A stretch of DNA of 64,000 nucleotides from Tubiluchus corallicola (taxonomy: Eukaryota; Animalia; Priapulida): positions 855,173-919,172 of the forward strand of contig JAQGDQ010000007.1 of the NCBI GenBank assembly GCA_030141605.1, read 5' to 3'. Positions 1 to 26,362 of the stretch are shown here, in pieces (position 1 is the stretch's first letter; every line of letters starts with the position of its first letter). The notes beneath the pieces were generated by a model that ran no database searches, had not been told where the DNA came from, and saw nothing but the letters and a program-made list of their open reading frames with translations. The position numbers and the translations under genes were made by a program.

Positions 1-833
1 TGATGCCCGTGCTACTTTGTTAAATATCATTGACTCAGCTTATCACAATGCTGGTGCACTTTGATGATTAGCACATCATAATAAAAGATAGCATAATGTA
101 TCCATACATCCATGCGTCGTTATTGGCTTGATAAACTAATCGACCAACGGCATTCGTCTTAGGGTAAACTATTACTCATCAAGTGAGAATTTTTTCGAGT
201 TTACATTTGGAGTTTTTTTGCCGTTTTCTTCTTTCACCATGCTAATTTTAGAGCAGAGATGCAGTATCACTGCATGGCTATTTATGAATACAAAAGAGTG
301 TGGTGTATAGGTATAAAGTAAAATTGCTGCAATACTCATGAAGCCATGTTTGACACACATTGATTCTCATTAATCGCGTCTACTGGTTCAGCTACCAAGC
401 TGTCATTTGGTCCTTATTGCTGTTAATTTTTAATAAATTTTTAGAAATAATGAGCAACTTTTGAAACAGTTAATAAATATCTTGCATCTATAGGTAACTC
501 ATCATACTCACAATGCCCGGAATTTTCAAATTTACGATCTTAGACTTAGTTATGAGCATCAGATGATCCTTAGAAGTTCCATTTGGAAGCAGCTCAGGTA
601 TCATGCTAGTGTTTTTAAAATGAACTGGCAGCAATTTTCAGCAATTTCACATATATTATTAAAACACAGAACAGACACTGTAGATTTTTTACTTTTGCTT
701 TTGTAGTATGTTGCCATGGTTACTTCAAAAATCTGATTCTCAAGTATTTGATGTGGCATTTGACTGCTGTCACTAGTAGCCTCCATTAAGGAGCAGAACA
801 GACTCATGAGCTTAGCACCTCCTGTGCAGTGCA

Positions 834-3474
834 ATGGCTGCTGCATTTCCCGATCAGAGTATAAACGAGGGCCTCGTGTGTATGGTATGTTATCAGTCAT
901 ATCACGACCCTCGGGTACTGCCATGCATGCACACTTTCTGCAAGCGATGCCTTGAAAATATGACTGTAAAACGTCCGGCAGACAAAACGGGCCAGATAAC
1001 ATGTCCTATGTGCGAGTTTCGAGTCTCTTTGACAAGTCTGGGCGTCGAAGACCTGCCAAGTAACTTTTTGATTAACAACATCATTGATGTAGTATCTCAA
1101 GCAGATGATGACGTTGTTTCAAAGCATCACACTTTGAGTAACGGCAGCTTGCCACCGGTGTGCAGTTCATGTGATGACTGCAGTATTGCCACATGTCAGT
1201 GTAAAGATTGCGACGAGTTCCTCTGTGATAGTTGTGTACGTGCTCATATGCGAGTTCGTCTAACGAAGGAGCACTACATTGTCAGATTCGGCGAAGATCC
1301 GGACAACAGCCAGAATAACACATTACTGACATCCCTCTTGCAGCCGACGTCCGATAGGCCCCCATGCTTCTGTGAGCTTCACGAACATGAAGTATTGCGA
1401 CTTTACTGCGATAGCTGCTCACAGGCTATCTGCAGAGAATGCACATTGCAGAGCCACTGTGGTCACAGTTTTGTCTACCTGCAAGATGCAGTGACTCACG
1501 CGAAGACAGTCACAAGAAAGCTGCTAGCTGAAGCTTCTGGAGGAGTACAAGCAATAGAGGATAGCATCCGCATGTCACAGATGATGAGTGAACGGGTTGA
1601 GCAGAAGTCTCAAACAGTATCTAAAGATGTTCAAGCAACAATCAGACATCACATAAAGGCTCTGGAGGTACGAGAACGAGACCTCTTGCTCCGTATTGAG
1701 AACATAAGACAAGTAAAGGCTGCATCTTTACATTTGCAGATTGGGGATTTAAGACGTGGGCTGTCCATATTAAAGCATACAATTGACGAGGTCCAAGGAG
1801 CCATGGACTCTAGCAATGATGTAGAGATCCTGAAGATGAGAGACAAAATGATCTCGAAGATGCTGGAAATCAAGGATCTCAGAGGACACATGCAACCACA
1901 TGAAGATGATAGCATACTCTTTACGCCTCCTGACACTGCACTCTACACTGCTATAAGCGCTCTGGGATTTATCACTAGTAGTGCATTTGCGCCAAATACA
2001 ATTGCGACAGGAGAGGGTTTGAAGCGAGCACTGCGTGGCAAAGCCGCCACATTTACCATACATGCTAAAGATCACCATGGCGACCAGCGCTGTGTGGGAG
2101 GAGATCCAGTCAGTATCGGTTGCGAAGCACCCGATGGCACTCTGTACAGGGCTGATGTATCTGATCGTCAAAATGGGACGTATGTCGTGACTTATAGACC
2201 ACCTGTTGAAGGTCAGCATGTTATTCATGTGATGATTCGTGGGAAGCACATCTACCAGAGTCCATTTCACATCAGCGTGCGTAGCGGTCGTAACTACTTA
2301 ACGGTTGGCAAGATTCTTCTGCAATTTGGCTCCGAAGGTGATGGAGACGGTCAATTGTGCCGTCCATGGGGTATTTGCACTGACCGGCATGGCCGTATTA
2401 TAGTTGCTGACCGAAGTAACAATCGGATACAGGTATGTTTCCCTTTTAGGACGAATCCTACCGTATTATTTTTAGTGTAACTGATGAGAATATGCTTGTT
2501 CTCTTCTTCAGATCTCTATAACAATCTAAGAGTTTTGAAATCCCCTAAATACAAAGATACGTCAGGCGGTAAAAAAATGTGCCAAAGTTTTGATCATGAT
2601 AGTATAAGAAGAAAATAACCTCGATTCGCGTGAAAATTAGCATACCAATGTTACAGGTGCTTATGTATAATTACTTATAATTACCACATTTTAACAAGTT
2701 TTTGTAAGATAATATATCTTTGTTGAAAAATTTTAGAGTGCATTTTTACACTATTTTCAGATCTTTACACCAGATGGTAATTTTTTATCAAAGTTTGGGT
2801 CAGCAGGCACAAGAAGTGGTCAGTTTGACAGACCAGCAGGAGTAGCTGTTGACCATCACAATCGCATTATTGTGGCTGACAAAGATAATCATAGGATTCA
2901 GATATTCACCATAGATGGAGCTTTCTTGCTGAAATTTGGAGAAAAGGGCAATAAAAATGGTCAGTTCAACTATCCGTGGGACATTGCCGTTAATTCGGAA
3001 TGTCACATACTAGTCTCGGATACACGTAACCACCGCATTCAGCTATTTACTGCAGACGGCACATTTCTCAACAAGTACGGGTTTGAGGGGGCACTTTGGA
3101 AACACTTTGATTCGCCTCGAGGGGTTGCATTTAACCCTGAAGGACATATGGTTGTCACGGACTTCAATAATCACCGTCTGTTGGTGATACAGCCCGATTT
3201 CCAATCTGCTAGGTTTCTGGGGACAGAAGGCAATGCCAGTGGTCAATTCATGCGCCCCCAGGGAGTCGCTGTAGACCAGGAAGGCAACATGATCGTCGCC
3301 GACTCTCGTAACCACCGTATCCAGATTTTCCAGCCTAATGGAAACTTTCTGTACAAGTTTGGTACCTCCGGATCCGGCGTGGGCCAAATGGATCGCCCAT
3401 CGGGAGTGTGCATCTCGCCGGAGGGCAACATAATTGTCGTTGATTTCGGCAACAATCGTATACAGGTATTTTAA
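834..3474 (+). CDS. lin-41: TRIM71/lin-41-like TRIM-NHL E3 ligase and RNA-binding protein (~770 aa; exons 834-2432, 2761-3474)
   Basis: RING (CMVC...[12 protein letters not shown]...CPMC), two B-boxes, coiled coil, filamin repeat (GEGLKRA...[13 protein letters not shown]) and six NHL repeats (RPWGI, DRPAGV, NYPWDI, DSPRGV, RPQGV, DRPSGV...NNRIQVF). A phase-0 intron at 2433-2760 (CAG|GTATGT...TTTTCAG|ATC) joins the two ORF-track ORFs. The let-7 sites downstream support orthology. Confidence 0.93.
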
Positions 3475-3610
3475 TATATCAAAACTGTATTCCATCCATA
3501 TTCGTGGTATTTCACTCAGGACCGTGCCCCACGTAGAGGCAAAAAATGTTATCTTTTGTGTGATTTGTTTACGGTGATATAGTTTATAGAGCCAAAGGCA
3601 ATTATTTACT

Positions 3611-3618
3611 CTCAGGGA
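3611..3618 (+). promoter_or_regulatory. miR-125/lin-4 8-mer seed site in the lin-41 3'UTR
   Basis: CTCAGGGA, 137 nt after the stop. Weaker CTCAGG matches at 3515, 3986 and 4009. Confidence 0.65.
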
Positions 3619-3752
3619 ACGGAGTTGTTACATTACTCTCAGAGTAAGCCTGGCACCTCACTGTTAGGTTTCGTTACATCCATGTAATCGATGTTTTTAT
3701 AATGTTGAATGATATTGTTGATCTTGGAGTTGATCAGAACTTCATTTCCTAT

Positions 3753-4343
3753 CTACCTCAATCTTATGACTTTAACACAATTTTATGACTTTTGTGCACT
3801 GTTGACCATGGAGCGGGTCAAAATGTTCCTTCTTATCTACCTCATCGTTTGTTACATTTATATCATTATTATGTCTTGTTATTGTTGGTTATAGATACTC
3901 TCTTCTCAAGCAAGATCTAGATCAAAGCCTTCCTTTTTATCTATCCCATCATTTGTTATATTTGAATCATTATTCTTGTTATCATCTCAGGTACTAAAAT
4001 ACTGTCTTCTCAGGTAAAGCTTAGATTTTACTGCATTTTACATTGGTTAAGTTTGGACGATAAATATGTACTGCTCATTTGCTCTTCTAGCTAGTTGGAG
4101 TTTCATATTATATTAATTAAAATATTGATGGCAAAGAACAGGTTTATGTTTCATTGTGGTGCCATTTCACATAACAATATTTGGCATTTTTGAATTCACC
4201 TATTAGTTATTATAGAGATCGTTATTGTACAAGTAAATAAGCATAAATATGTAATTGCTGAATGCTGATTCTCTCTTTTTTATAATGTTGAATGATATTG
4301 TTGATCTTGGAGTTGATCACAACTTCCTTTCCTATCTACCTCA
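3753..4343 (+). promoter_or_regulatory. Cluster of three let-7 8-mer seed sites (3753-3760, 3837-3844, 4336-4343)
   Basis: Exact CTACCTCA at each position. lin-41/TRIM71 is the classic conserved let-7 target. Confidence 0.8.
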
Positions 4344-5191
4344 ATCTTATGACTTTTACAAATGACATGTAAGCTGTAGTTGCTTAATAGTGTTCGTAAG
4401 TTTTATTGTTTTTTGTGTGACATGTAGACAAAGGCATAGATCGTACTTTTTTGCCTTGCTGATTATTGCGTTATATACAGATTTTTATCTTGATAATGCT
4501 GTCATTACTAATGTGTATGTATATCCTTATAAGGTAATAATATAATGTGGGTTGATTGTTGTAGAGTGAGTACTTTGCGCCGTTGTGAGAGACACAATAA
4601 ACTAGGGTAGATTATGCTAGTCAGTGTGACTTAGATGGTGTTTGGCCAGTTTACAGATATCATCAATTGTTTGTTGACTTATGTCATAGTTTGATTTATA
4701 AATGTGTGTAATGTGTGTGTGATTTAAAATTTGACTTTAATAAAAATATAGATGTACATGTAGCTAAAATCTTGCTTAAAAGCAAAACATAGTATGCACT
4801 CTTGAAGGTCTTACATGGTCCTTAATTACGGGTAACAAACTGTACTAATAATGTGACTTGATGATGTAACTTGGGGATCCAGTGTTTGTACGGGTATGGG
4901 TTCTCCTCATCAGTAGAAGTAATGCCTTATGATAAGTATAAAAACTTGATATTACATTGTTTTAATGACTTTATCTGCATGTATCGTGTACACTATCTAC
5001 CTTGTTGTTTAACATGCTCTTAGCACTTACATGGCTTGAAAAGCTCAGCTGAAACTGTTAATGTTTTCTGCCTGGTAAATCATGTCTGCTAATGTAAGTC
5101 AGTTTTGCTATTTTTGTTGAAATTTTGTCATAAATTGACACTAAGTTATTGTTGTTGTAGTATGAGTGAAACTTTTGTCCATCGCTGATTA

Positions 5192-5826
5192 CAGTAAGTC
5201 CTTGCTTAATGACTCCCTGTTTAGCAATGATTCATTTTAAGTACGCTAAACATTTGACACCCCTGTCTCACTTAATGACGCCTATTTTGCATTTTAATGA
5301 CGATTTTGCCTGATTTGAAGTATTAAAACAATACATGTTGCATTAGTCTGTTTTAAAAATGCACTAGTAAGGTAAAACAGTACAATTGCTATTTATATTT
5401 TCTTCCTGGTTAACCTGCTAGCGCCTTGTATAAAGCGAAATCTATTTGCAGACACGTGAGAGCACACTTTATGCAAGGAATTTTGCCTGCAACTTGTTGA
5501 TATAATAACCAGTATCTAGATGACATTGTTTTCTGGCTTTTACTATGTTGTATTAAACCGTTAACTGCATAGCTAGGGCTTCAATGTTAATGCTAGCTAG
5601 GAATTGGTAAGAAAGATAGATAGTTTCAAACGAGTAGAAAGAAACTAATCTGTAGAAAACTCATAAAATGCTTTATTTATTTGAATTGAATAGGCTAAAG
5701 TAGCATTGATTCTTACCATTGATTTTTACATTACTTTCAATGGAAGCCTTGGTTTTGTTTAGTGATGTTTCACTTAACGTCGTGTTTTGCTGGTATGTAT
5801 TAGTGTCGTTAAACGAGGACTTACTG
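5192..5826. mobile_element. Non-autonomous Tc1/mariner (pogo/Tigger-like) MITE
   Basis: TA|CAGTAAGTCCTTGCTTAATGAC ... GTCGTTAAACGAGGACTTACTG|TA: ~22 bp imperfect TIRs and a TA target duplication. Confidence 0.8.
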
Positions 5827-6169
5827 TATTACCTTTGAATTTTGTTTTCATTGTTAACAAGAGAATTGTTAGTGGACAATCTGGTAGACTTTTTGTAAGA
5901 CTTCATGTGTTTAGCGGACAAACGGTTTGATTGTTTTTTTATTTCGGCAGTTCCACACTATGCCCTAGCAGTAATATTGAAATGTAGTGGTGTTCTATGT
6001 AAAACACCCTTTTTTCTGTAATCTACTTAATCGTAATTGTGTGTGTTATTGTATAAAACCTTTGCCATTAGATGGTCTGACTATTGTTATTATGTGTCAA
6101 GGTTTTAAAACGTGTTAAACCACCATTTTTTGTGATGTGCATTGAGCAAGAGTCTGGCCTCCCAGACTG

Positions 6170-6538
6170 TCAGAACTCTGTTGCATCAAGCCTTAGTGCT
6201 AAACATGAGTTTCTGAACACTGAAGTCTGATGTAATGTATTTTATATTTGTTTAGAAGACAGCTTTATAGTGATCAAATAAAAAGTGTACATTAATTAAT
6301 CGAATTAGTTAAGTGACTTGAAAGTGTACATTATTAAAAAAATAAAAAAATAATTTGGGTATTCACCTTTTAATTTTTGTTAACAATGTACACTTTCAAT
6401 TCTCTTTTAATTTGATCACTACAAAGAGATCTAAACAAATGATGAAATACATAGCGTCAGACTTCAATGGTCAGGAATAACAGGTGTGCTTGTGAGCAAA
6501 TATATGCTTAGCATTAATGCTCGAAGCAACAGAGTTCT
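6170..6538. repeat. Foldback inverted repeat (~370 bp) with an inner hairpin
   Basis: AGAACTCTGTTGCATCAAGCCTTAGTGCTAAACAT pairs with ATGCTTAGCATTAATGCTCGAAGCAACAGAGTTCT; TGAAGTCTGA pairs with TCAGACTTCA; inner TTGAAAGTGTACATT pairs with AATGTACACTTTCAA. Confidence 0.75.
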
Positions 6539-6644
6539 CTTTATAGCTTTGCTCTATAACAGTTATAGCATTATTCTTTAAAAGTATTTAAAAAATCTGA
6601 AAATACGCTTCTATCCAGATTTTGTCGAATGTGCACATGTTAGT

Positions 6645-6846
6645 GTTAGTTATGTGTTCGTTTCCTTATGTATTTGAGTTCCATCAGTAACTTTAGATTG
6701 TTACATTGATTTGTGTAATAGTTCATTAATGTATGCTGTGTTTTTGTTAGCTGTGGATTTGTTTCCTTATGTATTTGAGTTCCTATCAGTAACTTTTGAT
6801 TGTTATATTGATTTGTGTCATAGTTCATTCTTGTGTGCTGTGTTTT
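6645..6846. repeat. Tandem duplication, 2 x ~100 bp
   Basis: GTTTCCTTATGTATTTGAGTTCC(T)ATCAGTAACTTT...GATTTGTGT.ATAGTTCATT occurs twice. Confidence 0.85.
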
Positions 6847-7643
6847 ATAATCTCTTTAAAAAAGTACGGGTCGTCTTGCCCATACGAGAAGAAATGATAA
6901 AATCAGTGTGTTGTTTATTTGTGTATAGTGCAGTCACTGCTTATAAGACTAAATGACTAACATTTTTATTTTTATGTGCAATAGTGTGTGTAAATTTTTC
7001 AGTGTCTATTTCAGTGATTCTGGTCTATTTTTGTCAAAGCAGTACTAAGAACAAGCATAGGCAACCCCAGCAGGAAAGTGATGACAATTAAAGGAATCAT
7101 TTGTTAATGGTTTTCCATGTTTAACTTTGGTTAATCACTTGCAGTGTGCTGACGATAATGTTGTTTTTGCCAAGTTGAGTTTTGAAAACTGTGTACCCTC
7201 TATCACATTTACAAAATCTTGTGCTTTTTAAAGTCTGTAGACATTAAAAAAATTACTGATTAAACAAGTTTAAAGTAGATTTCTACATTGTAAATAGGTG
7301 GCAGCACCTAAGCATACAGTGCAGAAAGTAGAATCACTTGTCATAAGTTTTTGTACTAATTGAAAAGAGGTAATTTTAACTTGAAAGCTTGATTGCTGTT
7401 ATTTGTAGATGTGTAATCAAGGTGTTTAGCTGCGTATTATTATGACTATTATTGCGTATTGATTATTATACATTTAATGTAATCGTGTTTTCAGTATGTT
7501 AGAAGCATTAGCAAACATTATTTTAATAACCAAACTGATTATGAATCAAGTTCCGTTGGACGGTGGTGATTAAGATGATAATGATGATGATGATGACAAC
7601 AATGATGATCAAGAATTTGTTATAATATTATTGATAACTTAAG

Positions 7644-7765
7644 CTACCTCACTTATCTACTACCTGTACATATATAGCAGAGAGTTTTAGCTGGAAAAAC
7701 CTTATATAAGCTTTCAAAGTTCTATCAGTTATAGTACATGTAATGTGCTGACAAAAAAAAATAAA
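7644..7765 (+). promoter_or_regulatory. Distal let-7 8-mer, Pumilio element and poly(A) signal (putative long 3'UTR end of lin-41)
   Basis: CTACCTCA 7644-7651, CTACTACCT 7657-7665, TGTACATA 7665-7672, AATAAA 7760-7765. Confidence 0.5.
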
Positions 7766-9720
7766 CAGATGTTAACACTTAGGGTTTGTAGGTGATTTTT
7801 GAATTGCTGAATTAGTTTGAAAATATAAAATAATTCTAATATAAAAAGATAAACATTTATTGGCTCGCATGAAAAATTATTATGTTGATTGCTAAAATGT
7901 CGAAATAATACGTTTTCCTTGTCTACTCCTTATTTTCCTGCATCAACTTCTTATTCGGCACAGTAAAAAATCAACCATACTGCTAATGATTGTGTACACC
8001 TTACCAGAGGAATAAATGCAGTTACAGTTTAAAAAGTCGAACAATAATAATAGTGTGTTTAATTTTCTAAATTATTTTTTGCTTTGATTTCCGTTTGGCA
8101 CAGGGGAAAATTAACTATACTACTAATAATTACGTACTCGTACGCAGAAGAATATGAGCGATTGGAGTTGAGTGTCGTGACTGTGGGAAAAGTAAAAAGT
8201 TGTATAATGTTAGTACGACTGATTTATTTGGCACAGAAAGCAATCAACCATACTACTAATAAACACGTAATTCTATTCAAAAGAGTATGAGCTATTTGGT
8301 CACATAAAAACTGACTTGACCAAACTTAGCTTTTGACGATTGCTGATTCCGTATTACAGTTAACTTTATGCCGATTTAAACAATATTTTTATTAGCCGCA
8401 CATCACATAATTTGTGTTCTTGGGTTCATTGCAATCTCACGTTTGCCACAAGTTTGGTAACAAAAAGTGCAACATTTATATTACCCTGCAAATTGAAATT
8501 TATTTTAATTTTATACATCACCATAATAATTATCGCACTGCAACATTATCTAGGGTAATTATAATCATTTAAATTTATATGTAGTACAAGCCAGCAACAC
8601 ACTCACAAACCTAAATAGTTTGGTTATCGTGCAGCCTGTATATAAGAATCAAAGATAGAAGAAAACAATAAAATTTAAAACAGACACATGAGTTTAAAAT
8701 TAAATCATTTTAAAACAAATTTCGTTAAGACAACATTTCATACTAAAATTCACTTCAAAAATTCAAATTAGACACTTTTAAATTAAGTAAAAATCATTTC
8801 ATAATTTCTTCAGACTAATTCTTCAAAAATTCCTCACGTTTTACTTACTTCACAATTATTATCTTATTATAACCATTTAGAGAGAAGAAAAGCCAGTAAA
8901 CCACGCACAGATCAAACTAACGATCAAGTTAACTAGTAATAGCTTTGTCACTGACACAGCGTGGTATATCACTAAAATGTCATTAATTAGAGCTATAAAA
9001 TAACTCGAAAACAAAGAAGGTTACAGTCGCGAAATTTGTAGGGTAGACACCTGGGTGTTTGAACAGTGACCTCAGTGAAAGGATCAAGGACTCGTGACAT
9101 CGGTCAGTTTTTTATTATCGTTCAACTTCTACGATTTCTAAATTATTTTTTTTTCACAAATTACTAGATATTGTGGGTAATAATCTACAGTTTTTTTCAC
9201 ATGAGTAAACCGCACTAGACTAGGCATAATGCAGTGATAAAGGCTCGCGGATTTGAATCCGAATTCATTCAATCTTGTTTTAAATGTACCATTTGCCCTG
9301 CGAAAAACAAAAATCGATTAAGACAACGAGTAAACTAAACTTCTTTCTTCATTAGCATTGCCGACACCGCTGATATAAAAACTGCCTACAAAATAAAAGA
9401 TGATAAATATGTGAATTTGAGTTAATAAACATTGCCAGAGTGTAAAAATGGACACCGCAAATTATAAAGAAGAGAGAGGGAGGAGAGAAAATAAATAAAT
9501 AGGAATATTTTTTCATTTTTCGTCTTCCTGGCTAACCTCTAGGTGGTGGTTGTTACATTGCAAGGTCAAATCACAACTTGTAAGATCACTTTGAGTCATT
9601 TGGCATGTCTCTCAGGATGTGTGTATATCACTGCTATGAAAAAAAACAGAGCGAGAGAGAGAGAAAGGGTGACAGAAACGAAAAAAGAAGATTGTCTATT
9701 TGAATAGGTGCTTACCATGT

Positions 9721-24070
<14,350 letters not shown>

Positions 24071-26318
24071 GCACACGCAAACTTACACACGTATACAGAA
24101 TGCAACAATTGACACTATCCAGTAATATATTTCCAACATGTAATACAAAATGTTGAGGTAAGCAATAAGTGCAATTAAATTTCACAACAATTTGGATTCA
24201 ATAGCAACTGTAAACGCGTATCTATACACTGTAATGTGTTTTCAGCACAGTTAACTTATTACTAACATGTCAGAAGCAGACAGCACAGACTTTATAGAAT
24301 GTTCGTACATTGTTGATCTCAGTGGAATTTATTAGCGTTTGTCACTTCACATAGTTTCAACATAGTGAAAGATGATTTTGTTACTGCTGTTATTTTGTAG
24401 CAGTGTATGGGTGGTATCGTGGGCTTTGGGTGGTGTGGAGTAGTTTTTTATACTGTACTGACAATGGGGAGCTATTATACAAAAACTAATGAATTACTTG
24501 ATTTTAAAGAAACAAGCGGAAGAGCATCATCCAAACAGGACCATGTTACTAAATTTTGCACATTTTACAAATACGCCTAGTTGTGTTTTTGTAGGTTGAA
24601 TAAGTGGTGTACGAGTGTACGAAGCCACTTCAAAATGATTCCTGGTAATAATACTAATTTATTGGGTATAAAAACACACCATTGCAATGAAATAGCACAT
24701 CAGCAAAAGAAGAAAAGACCTTACAAATTCAGGGGGTTCAAACAAAATAAAACTAATTATTAATTGCTAATCAATGTTTTTAATTCTGCTCATTGTTCAA
24801 ACAAATGCGCACTAGGCGGTATACAGATTTAAGCATGCCAGTATCACAACTGCTACATAAGAGTATAAAACAAGGTTTGCAAAATCAGGAAATATCAGTT
24901 ACAGTTCGAAAGTATTTAATTCAAACATTTCAGTGCATACGTACGGTGCTTATCCTCTATTTCATTTAGATAACAATAACTGCTCGTTAGAGATTTGGTC
25001 TATTGTTTGGACGTATGTTACAGTGCTGAAAATACGTTTGTCTAGCGATTTTATGGAAGCTTATTCTAATTTCATAAAAGTTCTTTAAAAATCGTCTGGT
25101 AAACTTGCTATAAAACTAGTTTTCAAGTTAAATTTACAGTACGTTCTCAATTTAATAACTTTGTCAATATCAGTGGCAAATACGCAATGTTCAGGCTGTC
25201 ACGTTGGCCTCTTTAAGCTGAAATTTTATTCTGAGCACCTAAAATTACTAAAAGTGCCAGGCTTTCACATATATGTTGAAAACTAAAGTAAAGTAGAATA
25301 GCTTTAACAAAACTTGTCCCACTACTAATACCACCAATTGCATGTGTTATAAAGACAGGATACGTACTGTGAGTTTAAGATGACTCCCGTACTGATATTG
25401 TATGTAGCCAATATTTTGTGCTTTTACAAATCGTATCAATACCTAAAGAAATAAGCTCCTATTTGACAGATTTATGAAGTTTATTGTTGGACAATCTGCG
25501 TACATCCCATATTTCACTTCTGTATAATGCCACAGGTTTTACTACTTTGTTAAAGTACAAGAAAATACTCTTCATAAATACAGCTTAGAAATCGTCTTGA
25601 ACGTTTTATACCACTTACATTCTGTTTTATAGCAAACAGTACTTGCGTTAGTAGTAACGCTGCATAAAACGTTTAAATTTAACCTCTGGGGATGACCGCA
25701 AAGAACAGTCATTTCGATAAGCCGTTTAAAACAAGTTTAAATAACATTGCGTAAAGTTTGAAAAAGTAACCAGAACATTCGTAGCACACACTTCGCTAAC
25801 TAAGCAATAGCATAAATTGCTTAACATTGCAATAAGATCAATAATTTGGTGAATCAGTGATGCACATTGGGATGTGATTACTAAAATTGTTCTTTTCCGG
25901 TTACACAAGTCTTTCAAACAGGTATAAGCGTAATATCATGTAATGCAACTATATTGAAAGTTTTTTTGGGATATACACTGTACTTGAAAATTCTGTTTTC
26001 TTCTCCTTTAAATTAATATATCGCAGTCGTAATTATACAGTTACTGTTGAAAATGTACAAGGTGTTCAAGCCTTTGCCCTCAAATATAGTTGAAAGATAA
26101 CAAAATCCAAGGATCTAGTGTTTGGCACACCAACTTCAAAATATTTAATTATTTTCACCACCTTAATGAAGTTATTGTTATAACATAAGTAACATAAGCA
26201 TCGGGTTTCATGCTTGCCGCATGCACGCACATAGGTTTTGCTTGCACATAGCATACTACAACACTTATGCTGCACTTGAAATTCATATAATAAAGTTGTT
26301 TTTAAATAAAATAGTGAA

Positions 26319-26362
<44 letters not shown>

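Noticed and set aside
601-3495. Antisense ORFs over lin-41 (601-1002, 1649-1936, 1770-2270, 3043-3495 etc.)
   Set aside because: Shadow frames of a real CDS with no recognisable motifs.
24085-24139. Alternative first exon for receptor copy A (MLEIYYWIVSIVAFCIR)
   Set aside because: Its strong GTAAGT donor is phase 2, incompatible with the phase-1 exon 2. The 24070-24043 exon fits better.
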